A stretch of DNA of 64,000 nucleotides, taken from Amphiscolops sp. MND2022 (taxonomy: Eukaryota). The position numbers and the translations under genes were made by a program. Below, piece by piece: positions 1 to 9,900 of the stretch (position 1 is the stretch's first letter; the number at the start of each line of letters is the position of its first letter). Below the pieces are notes generated by a model that did not search any database, was not told the origin of the DNA, and saw only the letters and a program-made list of their open reading frames with translations. The stretch spans positions 9,982,001 to 10,046,000 of the forward strand of contig OZ076412.1 in NCBI GenBank assembly GCA_964187785.1, read 5' to 3'.

Positions 1-481
1 ATCTGTTTTCTTAACCTGCTACGTTAATACTCCGTTTAAAAACCATATTTCTTTGAAGAATTCGAGTTTTCCAAAGAACAATTTTCCTTCTCTTCTAAAA
101 TGACTACTAGAAGCCAGAAAAGAAAAGCTATCGAGGAATTAGTTTCCACTGAAATCGAGACTCCGATACATGAGGCTAACCAAAACCTAAATCCCGTAGC
201 GGGAACGAGCAAATCTCCTAGAATACTCACCGAAAACCTAGAAGAAATTAGATCTTCCCTGAGACGAGAGATAATGTCCGATCTCACTAAAATTCTAGCT
301 GAGAACCAAAAGGAAATGTTAAAACTAATAGCCCCAGTAACTAAAAAACATGCTGAAGCCAGAGCATCCGAAGAAATTGATTCTGATCCCGAGAACATCC
401 CGGAAAATGCGACATCAACACCAATAAAAACCAAAACCACTGCGACTACTCGTAAAATCACACCGGTAAGCAGTCGTAACA
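1..481 (+). repeat. 5' LTR (3' portion only); contains the first ~127 codons of gag
   Basis: Identity to 13491-13971 stops exactly at ...CGTAACA, followed by TGG of the PBS. Confidence 0.93.
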
Positions 482-1512
482 TGGTGACAGGAGTCCTCAA
501 TGACTCAACGAACCTCGGAAAGAAGAAAACACGACCGCATCGCCCACAAAGTTTGCCACCCAACGAACGTCCTTCGACATCACGACTACTCTTCGCTCCC
601 CAACCGGAAATACACCAGCCGCCCCACCTACCCTCAATGCCCAAAGCACTCACTGCATCATTGCCTGTATTCGATGGTAAGTCAGAAAAATTCGAACTTT
701 TCGAGGACTTATTCCGGAACAACATAAAAATGTACCCACATCTAACAGAAATCCAAAAAATCAACTACTTCCACTCGCTACTACGAGGCAATGCACTACA
801 AGCATATTGCAACTTAGACGATGCCAAAAAAGATAACTTAGAGGAGGTAATTACGGCGTTTAAACGGCGCTTCGGAGTTTTTCAATCTTCTGCCAAAGCG
901 AGATGCGAATGGGACTCGCTACATTTTGACCCAACCAAACAAAAATTACATGAATTTTTGGATACACTGCAAAAAACGGCTAAAGAAGCGTTCGGCTCTG
1001 AAGCACAAAAATTTATAGACAAGGCCATATACGCCAAAATGCCGGACCACGTCAAAAAGATTCTTAACCGAGCCTACCTCGAGGACAAACCCTATAATGA
1101 TATTGTCCTACATCTCGAACGAGAGATGCGCCTTAAAGGCCTGGGAACCCCAGACGAAACCACACTAGTACCACTAAATACGGTCGACGTCGTCCCACCG
1201 GAACCAAAAAAGGAACTCACCCATCGAGGAAGTTGCTTCCACTGTGGCAAACAGGGGCATTATAAAGCACAATGCCGCAAATTACGAAAAGATCGTTACT
1301 ACGAAACTAAAGCACAGAACGGTGTCCCCAACACCATTGAACCACCCAAACCAAAGTGTGACACTTGCGGAAAGCTCCACAAAACCGAGAACTGCTGGTA
1401 CGGAGCTAACGCAGCGAATGACCCCAGGAAGAAACGTCACGAATTCACAATCCCCACCAGCCAAATCAGCGAACAACCAATCCCCACTGTTGAAATCCAG
1501 TCAAAAAACTAA
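100..1512 (+). CDS. gag: Gag polyprotein (470 aa)
   Basis: Capsid-like LPVFDGKSEKFELFEDLF region; zinc knuckles CFHCGKQGHYKAQC and CDTCGKLHKTENC; lies immediately upstream of pol. Confidence 0.92.
   Translation: MTTRSQKRKAIEELVSTEIETPIHEANQNLNPVAGTSKSPRILTENLEEIRSSLRREIMSDLTKILAENQKEMLKLIAPVTKKHAEARASEEIDSDPENIPENATSTPIKTKTTATTRKITPVSSRNMVTGVLNDSTNLGKKKTRPHRPQSLPPNERPSTSRLLFAPQPEIHQPPHLPSMPKALTASLPVFDGKSEKFELFEDLFRNNIKMYPHLTEIQKINYFHSLLRGNALQAYCNLDDAKKDNLEEVITAFKRRFGVFQSSAKARCEWDSLHFDPTKQKLHEFLDTLQKTAKEAFGSEAQKFIDKAIYAKMPDHVKKILNRAYLEDKPYNDIVLHLEREMRLKGLGTPDETTLVPLNTVDVVPPEPKKELTHRGSCFHCGKQGHYKAQCRKLRKDRYYETKAQNGVPNTIEPPKPKCDTCGKLHKTENCWYGANAANDPRKKRHEFTIPTSQISEQPIPTVEIQSKN
482..493 (+). promoter_or_regulatory. 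Primer binding site TGGTGACAGGAG (possibly tRNA-Leu type)
   Basis: TGG directly after the LTR-terminal CA; same motif at 20558 and TGGTGCCAGGAG at 17074 (minus strand). tRNA identity is inferred. Confidence 0.8.
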
Positions 1513-1556
1513 AAACGCCGCGCCTCCGCTTCGGGGAAACGGTAGACGCGAGGGCG
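1503..1556 (+). promoter_or_regulatory. Programmed -1 ribosomal frameshift signal
   Basis: Slippery heptamer A AAA AAC (1503-1509) directly before the gag TAA; the -1 frame is open into pol; a GC-rich hairpin (CGCC-GCG..CCG/CGG..CGC..GGCG) follows 6 nt later. Confidence 0.8.
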
Positions 1557-1598
1557 TACACAATAGAAGACCCCCCAAATCGCTACGAAGAAGACTTC

Positions 1599-4500
1599 AT
1601 GACCGAATGCAACGAAGAACCGACACAGGATTGGCAACGTCGTTGGAACGTAGGCATGATACTTAGACACAATGCACGACACCCAGAAGACCCAACACCA
1701 CTACCCCAATGGATAACAGAATCACCCGATAACTACGCGACACTAAAAAGACCCTTACCAGAATCAAAGACAGAACGCATTTACATATATGATAGAGACT
1801 ATAGATGTGATCCCTGGGATGAACCAACCATCTATGACACAAACAAACTCTCTTTTAAGATCCAAGTTTCAAATCCTCAGGCTCAAGTCACCGAGAGTAC
1901 AACCCTACCAACACCTTTGTCACCAATCCTAAAAAAGACAACACAGTCCTCGCCAACACCCGCCACTACCACGTCCACACCAATAGATGCAGAGAACATC
2001 ATCTGCATCGAGGATAAAACAATATGGACACAACAGGCAAACGAACAACGCGGGGTAGATGATCAAACAGTATCACCACCAACAATAGCATCCGAATTGC
2101 CAACTCAGGAAAACAATCATGCAGACGACGAAGTAACGGAATGCCCACAACAACTGCCATATGATCTCAACATCATAAAAGAATTCATACAACATGATAA
2201 AGACGACGACTACATTCCGTTAATGTCGGCAATTACCCTCAAAAAGAAGAAAAGAATGCTCTTTATTCCTCTCGACTTTGAAAACACTAGAATTGATGCA
2301 TTAGTCGACTCGGGAGCCTACATCAACGTCATCAGTGAAAGAGATGCAGACAAGATACAAACTGAAGCCAACGCAACCATAATCGCGAAAGCACCTCCAC
2401 CCCCTTTCAAGATACAATATGCCAACACAGAACTCGAAAAAGCCCGTGCAACATACACAATGCAATTCAAAATCGGGGACTACGCGTTCGAAGAAACTTT
2501 CATCATCATGACCAAAACATCTTACCCAATCATTGGCCTGGCATTCCTCCGGAAGCATTCCGCAATCCTAGACACTGCACAAGGAACAATAGACTTTCCT
2601 AAAATACAAATCACTCTAGCCCTAAAAGATGAAAGACAAAAGTGCAACCCCAAACCCATCACTATCAAGACGGAAGAAAAACACACCATACCAGCCCAAG
2701 CCACGCGGATCATCCACGCTTCCATCACCACAAGCAATGACCACTCAATAACTGGGACAGTCCAACCTTTGCCACAGTTCGACGAAAATGCAAAACTCAT
2801 AGTAGCCCCAGCAATAACAACAGCCCGAGACAAACGAGTCGCGATAAAAATAGCGAACACCACAGACTTCCCCTATACAGTAACGCCACATACGAAACTA
2901 GCAGAATTACAAATACTGAAACCCGAAGAAACGAAATTGATACGAGCAGTAGACATAGCAGCCCTCAATCTACTCACCGAACACGACGATGTTGTTGCGT
3001 ACGTTAATGCACTGATGCAAGTTGATTCGTCAGAACAAACAGAAGAGAAATTCTGGTTCCCAACTCCCGAAAATCCCGGAGATGAATCGGAACACACACC
3101 CATCCAACAACGCATTCTACGAGAACTACGCGAACTACAAAGATTAGAAGAACTGGACCCCAAACAAGACGAAAAATCCACAACACAATTCCTCTCGCTA
3201 TTCAAATGGAATGATTCACTAATAACGGGAGAAGAACGTGAAAACCTAGAGTCCACCCTAGTCGAATTCAATGACATTTTTGCACGTCACCGACTGGACA
3301 TCGGAATGAACAACCAGTTCAAGGTATGCCTAACTCCCAAAAACGACAAACCGGTATATACACAGAGTCTCCTCGTACCCATCAACCTCAAAGACGACCT
3401 CACAGTAGAATTGGCACTGATGCACAAATACGGGATCATCACAACCCTCCCATTCTCGAAATATGACAGCCCCATCTTCGCGCAACGCAAACCCAACGGC
3501 AAACTACGGCTCCTAGTGGACTTACGGAAGATCAACGCCCTCATCTCAGATGACTACATAAACAACAACCACCCCATCAGCACCCTCTCAGATGCCGCAC
3601 AACACCTAGCGGGGAAGCAGCTGTTCTGCAAACTAGATTGCTCACAAGCCTATCACTGCCTCCAAATGGCAGATCAAAGGTCAGTAGAACTCCTTGCATT
3701 TAATTTTGCTAGTAGAACGTTTGCCTATCGTAGGCTAGCCCAAGGACTTAGTAGAGCCTTGTCAGCCTTTTCGAGCTTCATGCGGGAATACCTTGACACC
3801 GTCATCAAAGCAGACCAGTGTGCCCAATATGTGGACGACATTGGAATCGCCGCCAACACAACGGAACAACTCATTAAGAACATAAGAGCAGTCTTCAAAT
3901 GCATCCGCAAGGCAGGACTAAAACTCACAATTGAAAAATGCCACTTCGGTGTCACCCAAATCGAATTCCTGGGAAGAACCATCACACCCCACGGAGTAGC
4001 ACCGCAAGACCACAAAATCATCAGTTTCTTGTCAAAAATCAGATTTCCCCGGTCAAAGAAACAAGTCCAGAAATACATTGGATTCATCAACTACTACAGA
4101 AACTACATACCAAGACTGTCCGAAAAAATGATTGGAATGTACGAACTCCTAAAAGCAGATGCCAAAATCACCATATCAGAAGAATTAGTCGACAACTTCA
4201 AAGCCATCAACGCAAGCCTAGCGGAAGCATGTGGGCTAGCCCTCAGACAACCAGTTGCGGGAAAACAATACGTACTAATGACGGACGCAAGCTTCCGGGC
4301 ATCAGGTTATGCCCTAATGATAGAAGAAAACGACGATAAAAAGCTACTCTCCAAACGGAAAACTTTCGCACCGGTCGCTTTTGGTTCCTGTGTATTCTCG
4401 CCGTCACAGCTGAAAATGTCATTATACTGTAAGGAGTTCCTTGCCATCTACCACGCATTCCTAGAGTACAGCCACATCTTATGGGAAACGACGCTACCAA

Positions 4501-6719
4501 CCCTAGTTTTAACGGACAATAGATCGGTAACAAGGTTTTTCCAAACAAAGACAACGCCACCTGCGCTCTGGAATGCTTGTGACTACGTACTACAATTCAA
4601 ATTCCGTATCATGCACGTAGCAGGGTCACAAAACACAGCTGCCGATTTCCTGTCTCGCCTAGAATTAACGCCAAAAGAAAAAGTTCAGCTCAAGCTACGA
4701 GACGACATTATAACGGCACCCATTGAAATCAACCTACAGTCCACAGATGTTGCCGATGAGGAACAACTTTTTTTCCTACCAGATGAGGAAGAAGAATCAG
4801 AACAGGAAGTTCTTGCAAGAAAAACCCTTAGCAAACAACGAGCAATAGACGAAACAGAACAGCGAAATCTATCCACCGAAATAACAGAAGCAGTCCACAT
4901 ACCGCTCAACACAGCAGTCTACGCATTCGGAGCAATCAAGGAAAACGCACGAATACGCAACGAACAGGATGCCGATCCAATCCTGAAAGCACTAAAGCTC
5001 CGCCTACTCCACGAAGAATACGACAAACACCTCCTCAAAACTGAACCTAGAGGACGAAACCTCCTGCGCCATGAAGAGAGAATAATAGTCAAAGACGGAG
5101 TCCTCATGCGCAAATATTACGGAGAGGACGGCACGGTCACGCATCACCAAATCTTCATACCGAAACACATAGTCCCTGAACTCCTATCAACACTGCACGG
5201 AAAAACCAACAAACACCCTGGCATAACAAAGATGATTCAAGAAAGCCGAACAAAATACTACTACCCGGGACTTGCACGGAAAATTAGAGCCTGGGTAATC
5301 AACTGCCCTGATTGCATAGCCAACAAACGAATAGACTCGCGACAAATACGTCCAAAAATGCTGAGCAATACAGAATTCACATTTGGACCAGAAGATTGTC
5401 TAGAAGTCGATATTTTACCCAACTTACCCTCATCGAATGGTTACAAACACATCATAACAATGATGGACGTGTTCTCCCGCTACCTCTTCGCATATCCTAC
5501 ACAAGACATGACCGCCAGAACGGTAGGCCGATGTATAATCGACGTAATGACGCGCCACTGCTACTTACCTACAGTCATTCTCACTGACAAAGGATCACAA
5601 TTCCGATCAGATGTAGTAAATCAAATTGCACAGACACTTGACATCCGGATCAGCCACGCGTCAACAAAGCATGCACAAACAATCGGCATACTCGAAAGAA
5701 CGCATGCATCTCTAAAGACTTCCCTCAAGATATCAACGGGAGAACGCCGTTCAATGTGGCACAAATACGTACAAATTGCAGTCATGAATTACAACACTAG
5801 CTACCACGAGAGCCTAGGATGTGAACCAACAGCCGTATTTCACGGACGCATCCCGTACAACATTCTGGACATCAAGCTGGGACTCAAGCCAGAATGGAAA
5901 AAAGACGCCAACGAAGACCTAACGGACGAACTACAAAAACAAATAGCTGAAATCCATCAATCAGCAAAGGACAACCTTATGCAATCATATTTGAAATATA
6001 AGCGATATTACGATAAAAAAGCGACAGCAACGCCATTGAAAGTCAATGACTATTGCTACGTCCTGAATCCGAAGGCTGATAACCAGTCAATGAAATTCGC
6101 TTTCAAAGATTGCATTTGGACAGGACCATACATAGTGGTCAAAGTCCTTTCCAATAACAATTACGTCGTAAGACGAACGGGAACAAGATACACGCAAACT
6201 CTCCATAGAATTCGCCTAAGGCTATATGCGCCCAATCAACGAGTACCTGACGTAACAGTCAAAGTGGAAGATCAACTTCCAGATCCCGAGGTTAAAACAA
6301 CCCATGATGATTGGTACGCGCAAGCTTGGGAAACCGAATTCGGAGAAGTTCTGTTCGGGAACGCCACGGAAAAAGAAAATAACGAAGCTACCATTATAGA
6401 AGTGCCAACTGAAGACGGAGATACAACGGAGCGAGAACCAGTTATAACAACTGCGAACGAAAAGTCAACGGAAGAAAAAACTTACTCTGGAAATAACACG
6501 TCATTCAATTTGGACGTCAGCGATAATCCCTACATAACAACCCCACCGCCTATGGAAAGCCCCCCAATACCGCCTACAATACCACCTATAGTTGTTGGAT
6601 ATAATCCGAGAAAAACAGGAAGATACAACTTACGGCCTAATCCTAAACCTAACGCGCATCCTGACTTCCGGATGCTCGACGCAATCGTCACGGAAGAAAG
6701 CTCTCAAGCCTCAAACTAG
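1599..6719 (+). CDS. pol: Pol polyprotein (protease, dUTPase-like spacer, RT, RNase H, integrase), uninterrupted
   Basis: LVDSGA at 2307; YVDD at 3828; MTDAS..DNR..ADFLSR (RNase H); H-x6-H..CPDC zinc finger; EVDIL..TDKGSQF..GILER (integrase DDE). Confidence 0.97.
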   Translation: MTECNEEPTQDWQRRWNVGMILRHNARHPEDPTPLPQWITESPDNYATLKRPLPESKTERIYIYDRDYRCDPWDEPTIYDTNKLSFKIQVSNPQAQVTESTTLPTPLSPILKKTTQSSPTPATTTSTPIDAENIICIEDKTIWTQQANEQRGVDDQTVSPPTIASELPTQENNHADDEVTECPQQLPYDLNIIKEFIQHDKDDDYIPLMSAITLKKKKRMLFIPLDFENTRIDALVDSGAYINVISERDADKIQTEANATIIAKAPPPPFKIQYANTELEKARATYTMQFKIGDYAFEETFIIMTKTSYPIIGLAFLRKHSAILDTAQGTIDFPKIQITLALKDERQKCNPKPITIKTEEKHTIPAQATRIIHASITTSNDHSITGTVQPLPQFDENAKLIVAPAITTARDKRVAIKIANTTDFPYTVTPHTKLAELQILKPEETKLIRAVDIAALNLLTEHDDVVAYVNALMQVDSSEQTEEKFWFPTPENPGDESEHTPIQQRILRELRELQRLEELDPKQDEKSTTQFLSLFKWNDSLITGEERENLESTLVEFNDIFARHRLDIGMNNQFKVCLTPKNDKPVYTQSLLVPINLKDDLTVELALMHKYGIITTLPFSKYDSPIFAQRKPNGKLRLLVDLRKINALISDDYINNNHPISTLSDAAQHLAGKQLFCKLDCSQAYHCLQMADQRSVELLAFNFASRTFAYRRLAQGLSRALSAFSSFMREYLDTVIKADQCAQYVDDIGIAANTTEQLIKNIRAVFKCIRKAGLKLTIEKCHFGVTQIEFLGRTITPHGVAPQDHKIISFLSKIRFPRSKKQVQKYIGFINYYRNYIPRLSEKMIGMYELLKADAKITISEELVDNFKAINASLAEACGLALRQPVAGKQYVLMTDASFRASGYALMIEENDDKKLLSKRKTFAPVAFGSCVFSPSQLKMSLYCKEFLAIYHAFLEYSHILWETTLPTLVLTDNRSVTRFFQTKTTPPALWNACDYVLQFKFRIMHVAGSQNTAADFLSRLELTPKEKVQLKLRDDIITAPIEINLQSTDVADEEQLFFLPDEEEESEQEVLARKTLSKQRAIDETEQRNLSTEITEAVHIPLNTAVYAFGAIKENARIRNEQDADPILKALKLRLLHEEYDKHLLKTEPRGRNLLRHEERIIVKDGVLMRKYYGEDGTVTHHQIFIPKHIVPELLSTLHGKTNKHPGITKMIQESRTKYYYPGLARKIRAWVINCPDCIANKRIDSRQIRPKMLSNTEFTFGPEDCLEVDILPNLPSSNGYKHIITMMDVFSRYLFAYPTQDMTARTVGRCIIDVMTRHCYLPTVILTDKGSQFRSDVVNQIAQTLDIRISHASTKHAQTIGILERTHASLKTSLKISTGERRSMWHKYVQIAVMNYNTSYHESLGCEPTAVFHGRIPYNILDIKLGLKPEWKKDANEDLTDELQKQIAEIHQSAKDNLMQSYLKYKRYYDKKATATPLKVNDYCYVLNPKADNQSMKFAFKDCIWTGPYIVVKVLSNNNYVVRRTGTRYTQTLHRIRLRLYAPNQRVPDVTVKVEDQLPDPEVKTTHDDWYAQAWETEFGEVLFGNATEKENNEATIIEVPTEDGDTTEREPVITTANEKSTEEKTYSGNNTSFNLDVSDNPYITTPPPMESPPIPPTIPPIVVGYNPRKTGRYNLRPNPKPNAHPDFRMLDAIVTEESSQASN

Positions 6720-6979
6720 ATAAAAACAAATAACGAACCAAACCGAACCGGAATGGCAACGTCAATTTTTCTCTCCACTAAAATAATCACTACGGAACAA
6801 ACTAAATAAAATAGATATAGAATACTGGCCAAAGAAAACAAGAAAAATAACAATAGATACATAAAGTTATTTCGGAAGACCACACAGGGCTTCTTTATTC
6901 TATGACGAACATCAGGATCTTCGTTCGCCTTTGTCTTGCTCCCTTTAGACTTCTTCGAAGCACTCTCGCTGCCACTTTT

Positions 6980-9900
6980 TTAAATCACGGCCACATCTGC
7001 ACTCACAACGCTCTTCTTTGACTTCGAACCACCAGTAACTGTTCCCACCGCCGTGCCTTGTCCGCGGATCTCCACTGCCTTCTTGCCTTTCACAGCAGAA
7101 CTAGAAGTACTGCCAGTATCACTGACGACTGATCCTTGTCTCGAACGTGCCTCACGGTTAGCCTTGTTCAGCCCAATATAATAGATCTCACAGGATTTCC
7201 GACGCTCCAATAAAAAATCACGATATAGCGATCTATAACGAGTGATGAACGCATCCAGATCCTCTCCGCATATGCCACGCCACAAATCAAAATCAGCTGC
7301 AACATAGAAAGCTCCAGCATTTGCGATAGCCTCCCGTACTACATCCAGAGTACGATCCACAAAGAAAGTTTTGTGAGCATAACCCCAACTGAGTACATAC
7401 GACTGAACTAACAGCAAACAATCACGAACAATCGCCGTACTAAAGGCACAACCACTCAAGTCGAGCGTCACAACAGGGGGAACAGCTTCGGGCACCCCAA
7501 TCACCAAACAACAGAGCTTGAACACACGAAAGAGATGCACTCGAGCCTGGAAACTAAAATCCCGGATAAGGTACCGGATAACATCCGGAATGTCACTTGC
7601 AGCATGTTTTTCACCCGCGTGTTGTCTCCGCTTCTCAATGATGTAACTGTGGTACTCCTCCACTGCAGCTGCCGACTCGTCCGCCTTCAACACTCCACAG
7701 GATTTCAACAGATCACACAAAGACGCAAACAACCCAAACACAGTGTGGTCATCGCCCTCTAGCATAATCTCAGGGCAAAAACTGTAGAGACCCTGAGATA
7801 GTTTCAAAGTTACAGCCATGTTCCGCAACAAAACCACCACCAGATGATCCAGGAAAGAACGACACTTTGAGCGAAAATCGCGAACCTCACTTGTCTTCCC
7901 TGCAGCCAGCTCTTTCCCATAGGCATAGTTTGCAGGGAATTCCTCGATTGGCACTGCTGCAAAAGAACTCAGTTTGCTCTCGTCCATATACGACTCCCAA
8001 TCGTGAATCCCAGGAAGATCAGAAGAACTACGGGTCTTTAACAGCAGGCAGTAAACAAAGTTGCAGATCTCACCATAACTGTGAAACCCGTAATCAGCCC
8101 GGCCCTGTCGCAGCTTCTCGAAGTTGAAATCAACCAAAACACCCACGATATATCAGAAATTGGAATACAATAGAAACCTCAGTCGGAATCAAGACGATAG
8201 ATCTATTTTTACTCTCAATCTGTACAATCAGAAAACATAATACAAAACAAAAACAAAAGACCATACTTACAAAGATCGAGCACCTGACGGAGTAATCCGA
8301 ACCGATAAACCATAAGGTTATCAGAGATTATCTCAAAATCAGTGCCCTTCAGCTAAAAAGCAACAACCAGTTAACCTACACAGTTCAACCACTGAAGACG
8401 ACAGAGATGTACAAAACCAAAGAAAAAAAAACAACAACAATAACCCACCCTGTCCATAACGTCTTTCAGGTGGGGATGACCAGTATATCGAATATACGGA
8501 CGAATGGAAGGCCACAGTTCTATGAGGTCCGTCAGCACAGCGCGGAGATCACTGAAGTCAACGGAACCTGCGCGTACTGCCTTCTTTAGAATTGGTTTGT
8601 CCTCCACCCAATCCTCATGCACGACACTTTTCAATCGGAGGACCACATATTCCACCGCAGTCATCACTTCCAGCATTCCAAAAATGTCCTGGTGCGCTTG
8701 GCGAAAACACTGCATAAACATGTCCTCATTGAATCGTTGCACCTGTAGAAACTCCCGACCATCGCCACGATTGTCGCCAAGAACGCGGAGTAAAGACGGG
8801 CTACCACCCACAATTGACACCGGTAACTGCTGTGAACCAACACTACTAACAACACGTGCCAAGGGAACAAGCTCCGCGTCCGGAACCGGAAGATCCAGTG
8901 ACTGACATCCCACACAGACTTTCTTTAAGTAGTTGCCCTCCAACAGAGCACGTAGCACCGCTCTTCAATCGTCGTCCTCTCATACTGAATGGCATACTCC
9001 TTAAAGCTCGCAATGCTCTTTAGTGTCAAACGCAAGACCCGCGGCGCAAGGCCCTGACACAAAAAAGACTAAAACACACAAGAACAATATCATAACGGCG
9101 CCACCTAACAACCTACAAAAAATACATATATATATCACACTACCAACCACAGTCTCTGACCGACTCCAACCCAAAGCGTACTGAGGTGCTTGCGTCTCCA
9201 AAGTAGCACGGAAATGACCCCACAGGCGCCGCAGCAACGTATAATCACCTCCACTACTCAGAAGATCGCAGAAGCGTGACACCAGGGTCATAAATGGCAC
9301 TCGAGACGTCACTTGGGCATGTTTGGGCACTCGATCTTCCGGGAATGGAAAGCCCTCCGCAAAGTCTACGAAAGCACGAGCATTGAAATTGGCTAACTGG
9401 TTGGCGGACAGGACCATGGGCTCCATTAAACGATTCAACACAGGAAGCCCCATGTGGACACGATACGTGACATCACGAAACCAATGACCATCACTCCGGA
9501 AATGCCGCGCAAACTCACCAGCTCCTTGCGCTTTCATTCCAACGTCCCGATGACACACGCGACAAAAGAAAAATTTTTCGGAGCCACACTTGGAGCCAGA
9601 TACGAAGACTTCATAGGCAGGATTTAGAGTCAGCATATCACGCCGCAACCGGTTCCGGCTGCTGTACTTCTTCACCTTCTTCACGCTACTCAATCGCTCT
9701 TCCATCCTTGCAGCAAGATCTTGGAGACCTACAACACCAAACAAACCCTCAGCGGAAAACAAAATAGACATACTGACGACGAACTCATGACAGCATTTCA
9801 GGACAATATAACAAAAATACCCCACCCAAAATTATAAACAAAAGTATACGTACCGTTCTGAATAGTTTGTGAGGCTCTAGTTCTAACTTCATCCACAAGC

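Noticed and set aside
36-6100. Short ORFs overlapping gag-pol on either strand (e.g. 36-764, 2522-2863, 3725-4090)
   Set aside because: Shadow frames of the real coding sequence with no independent motifs.
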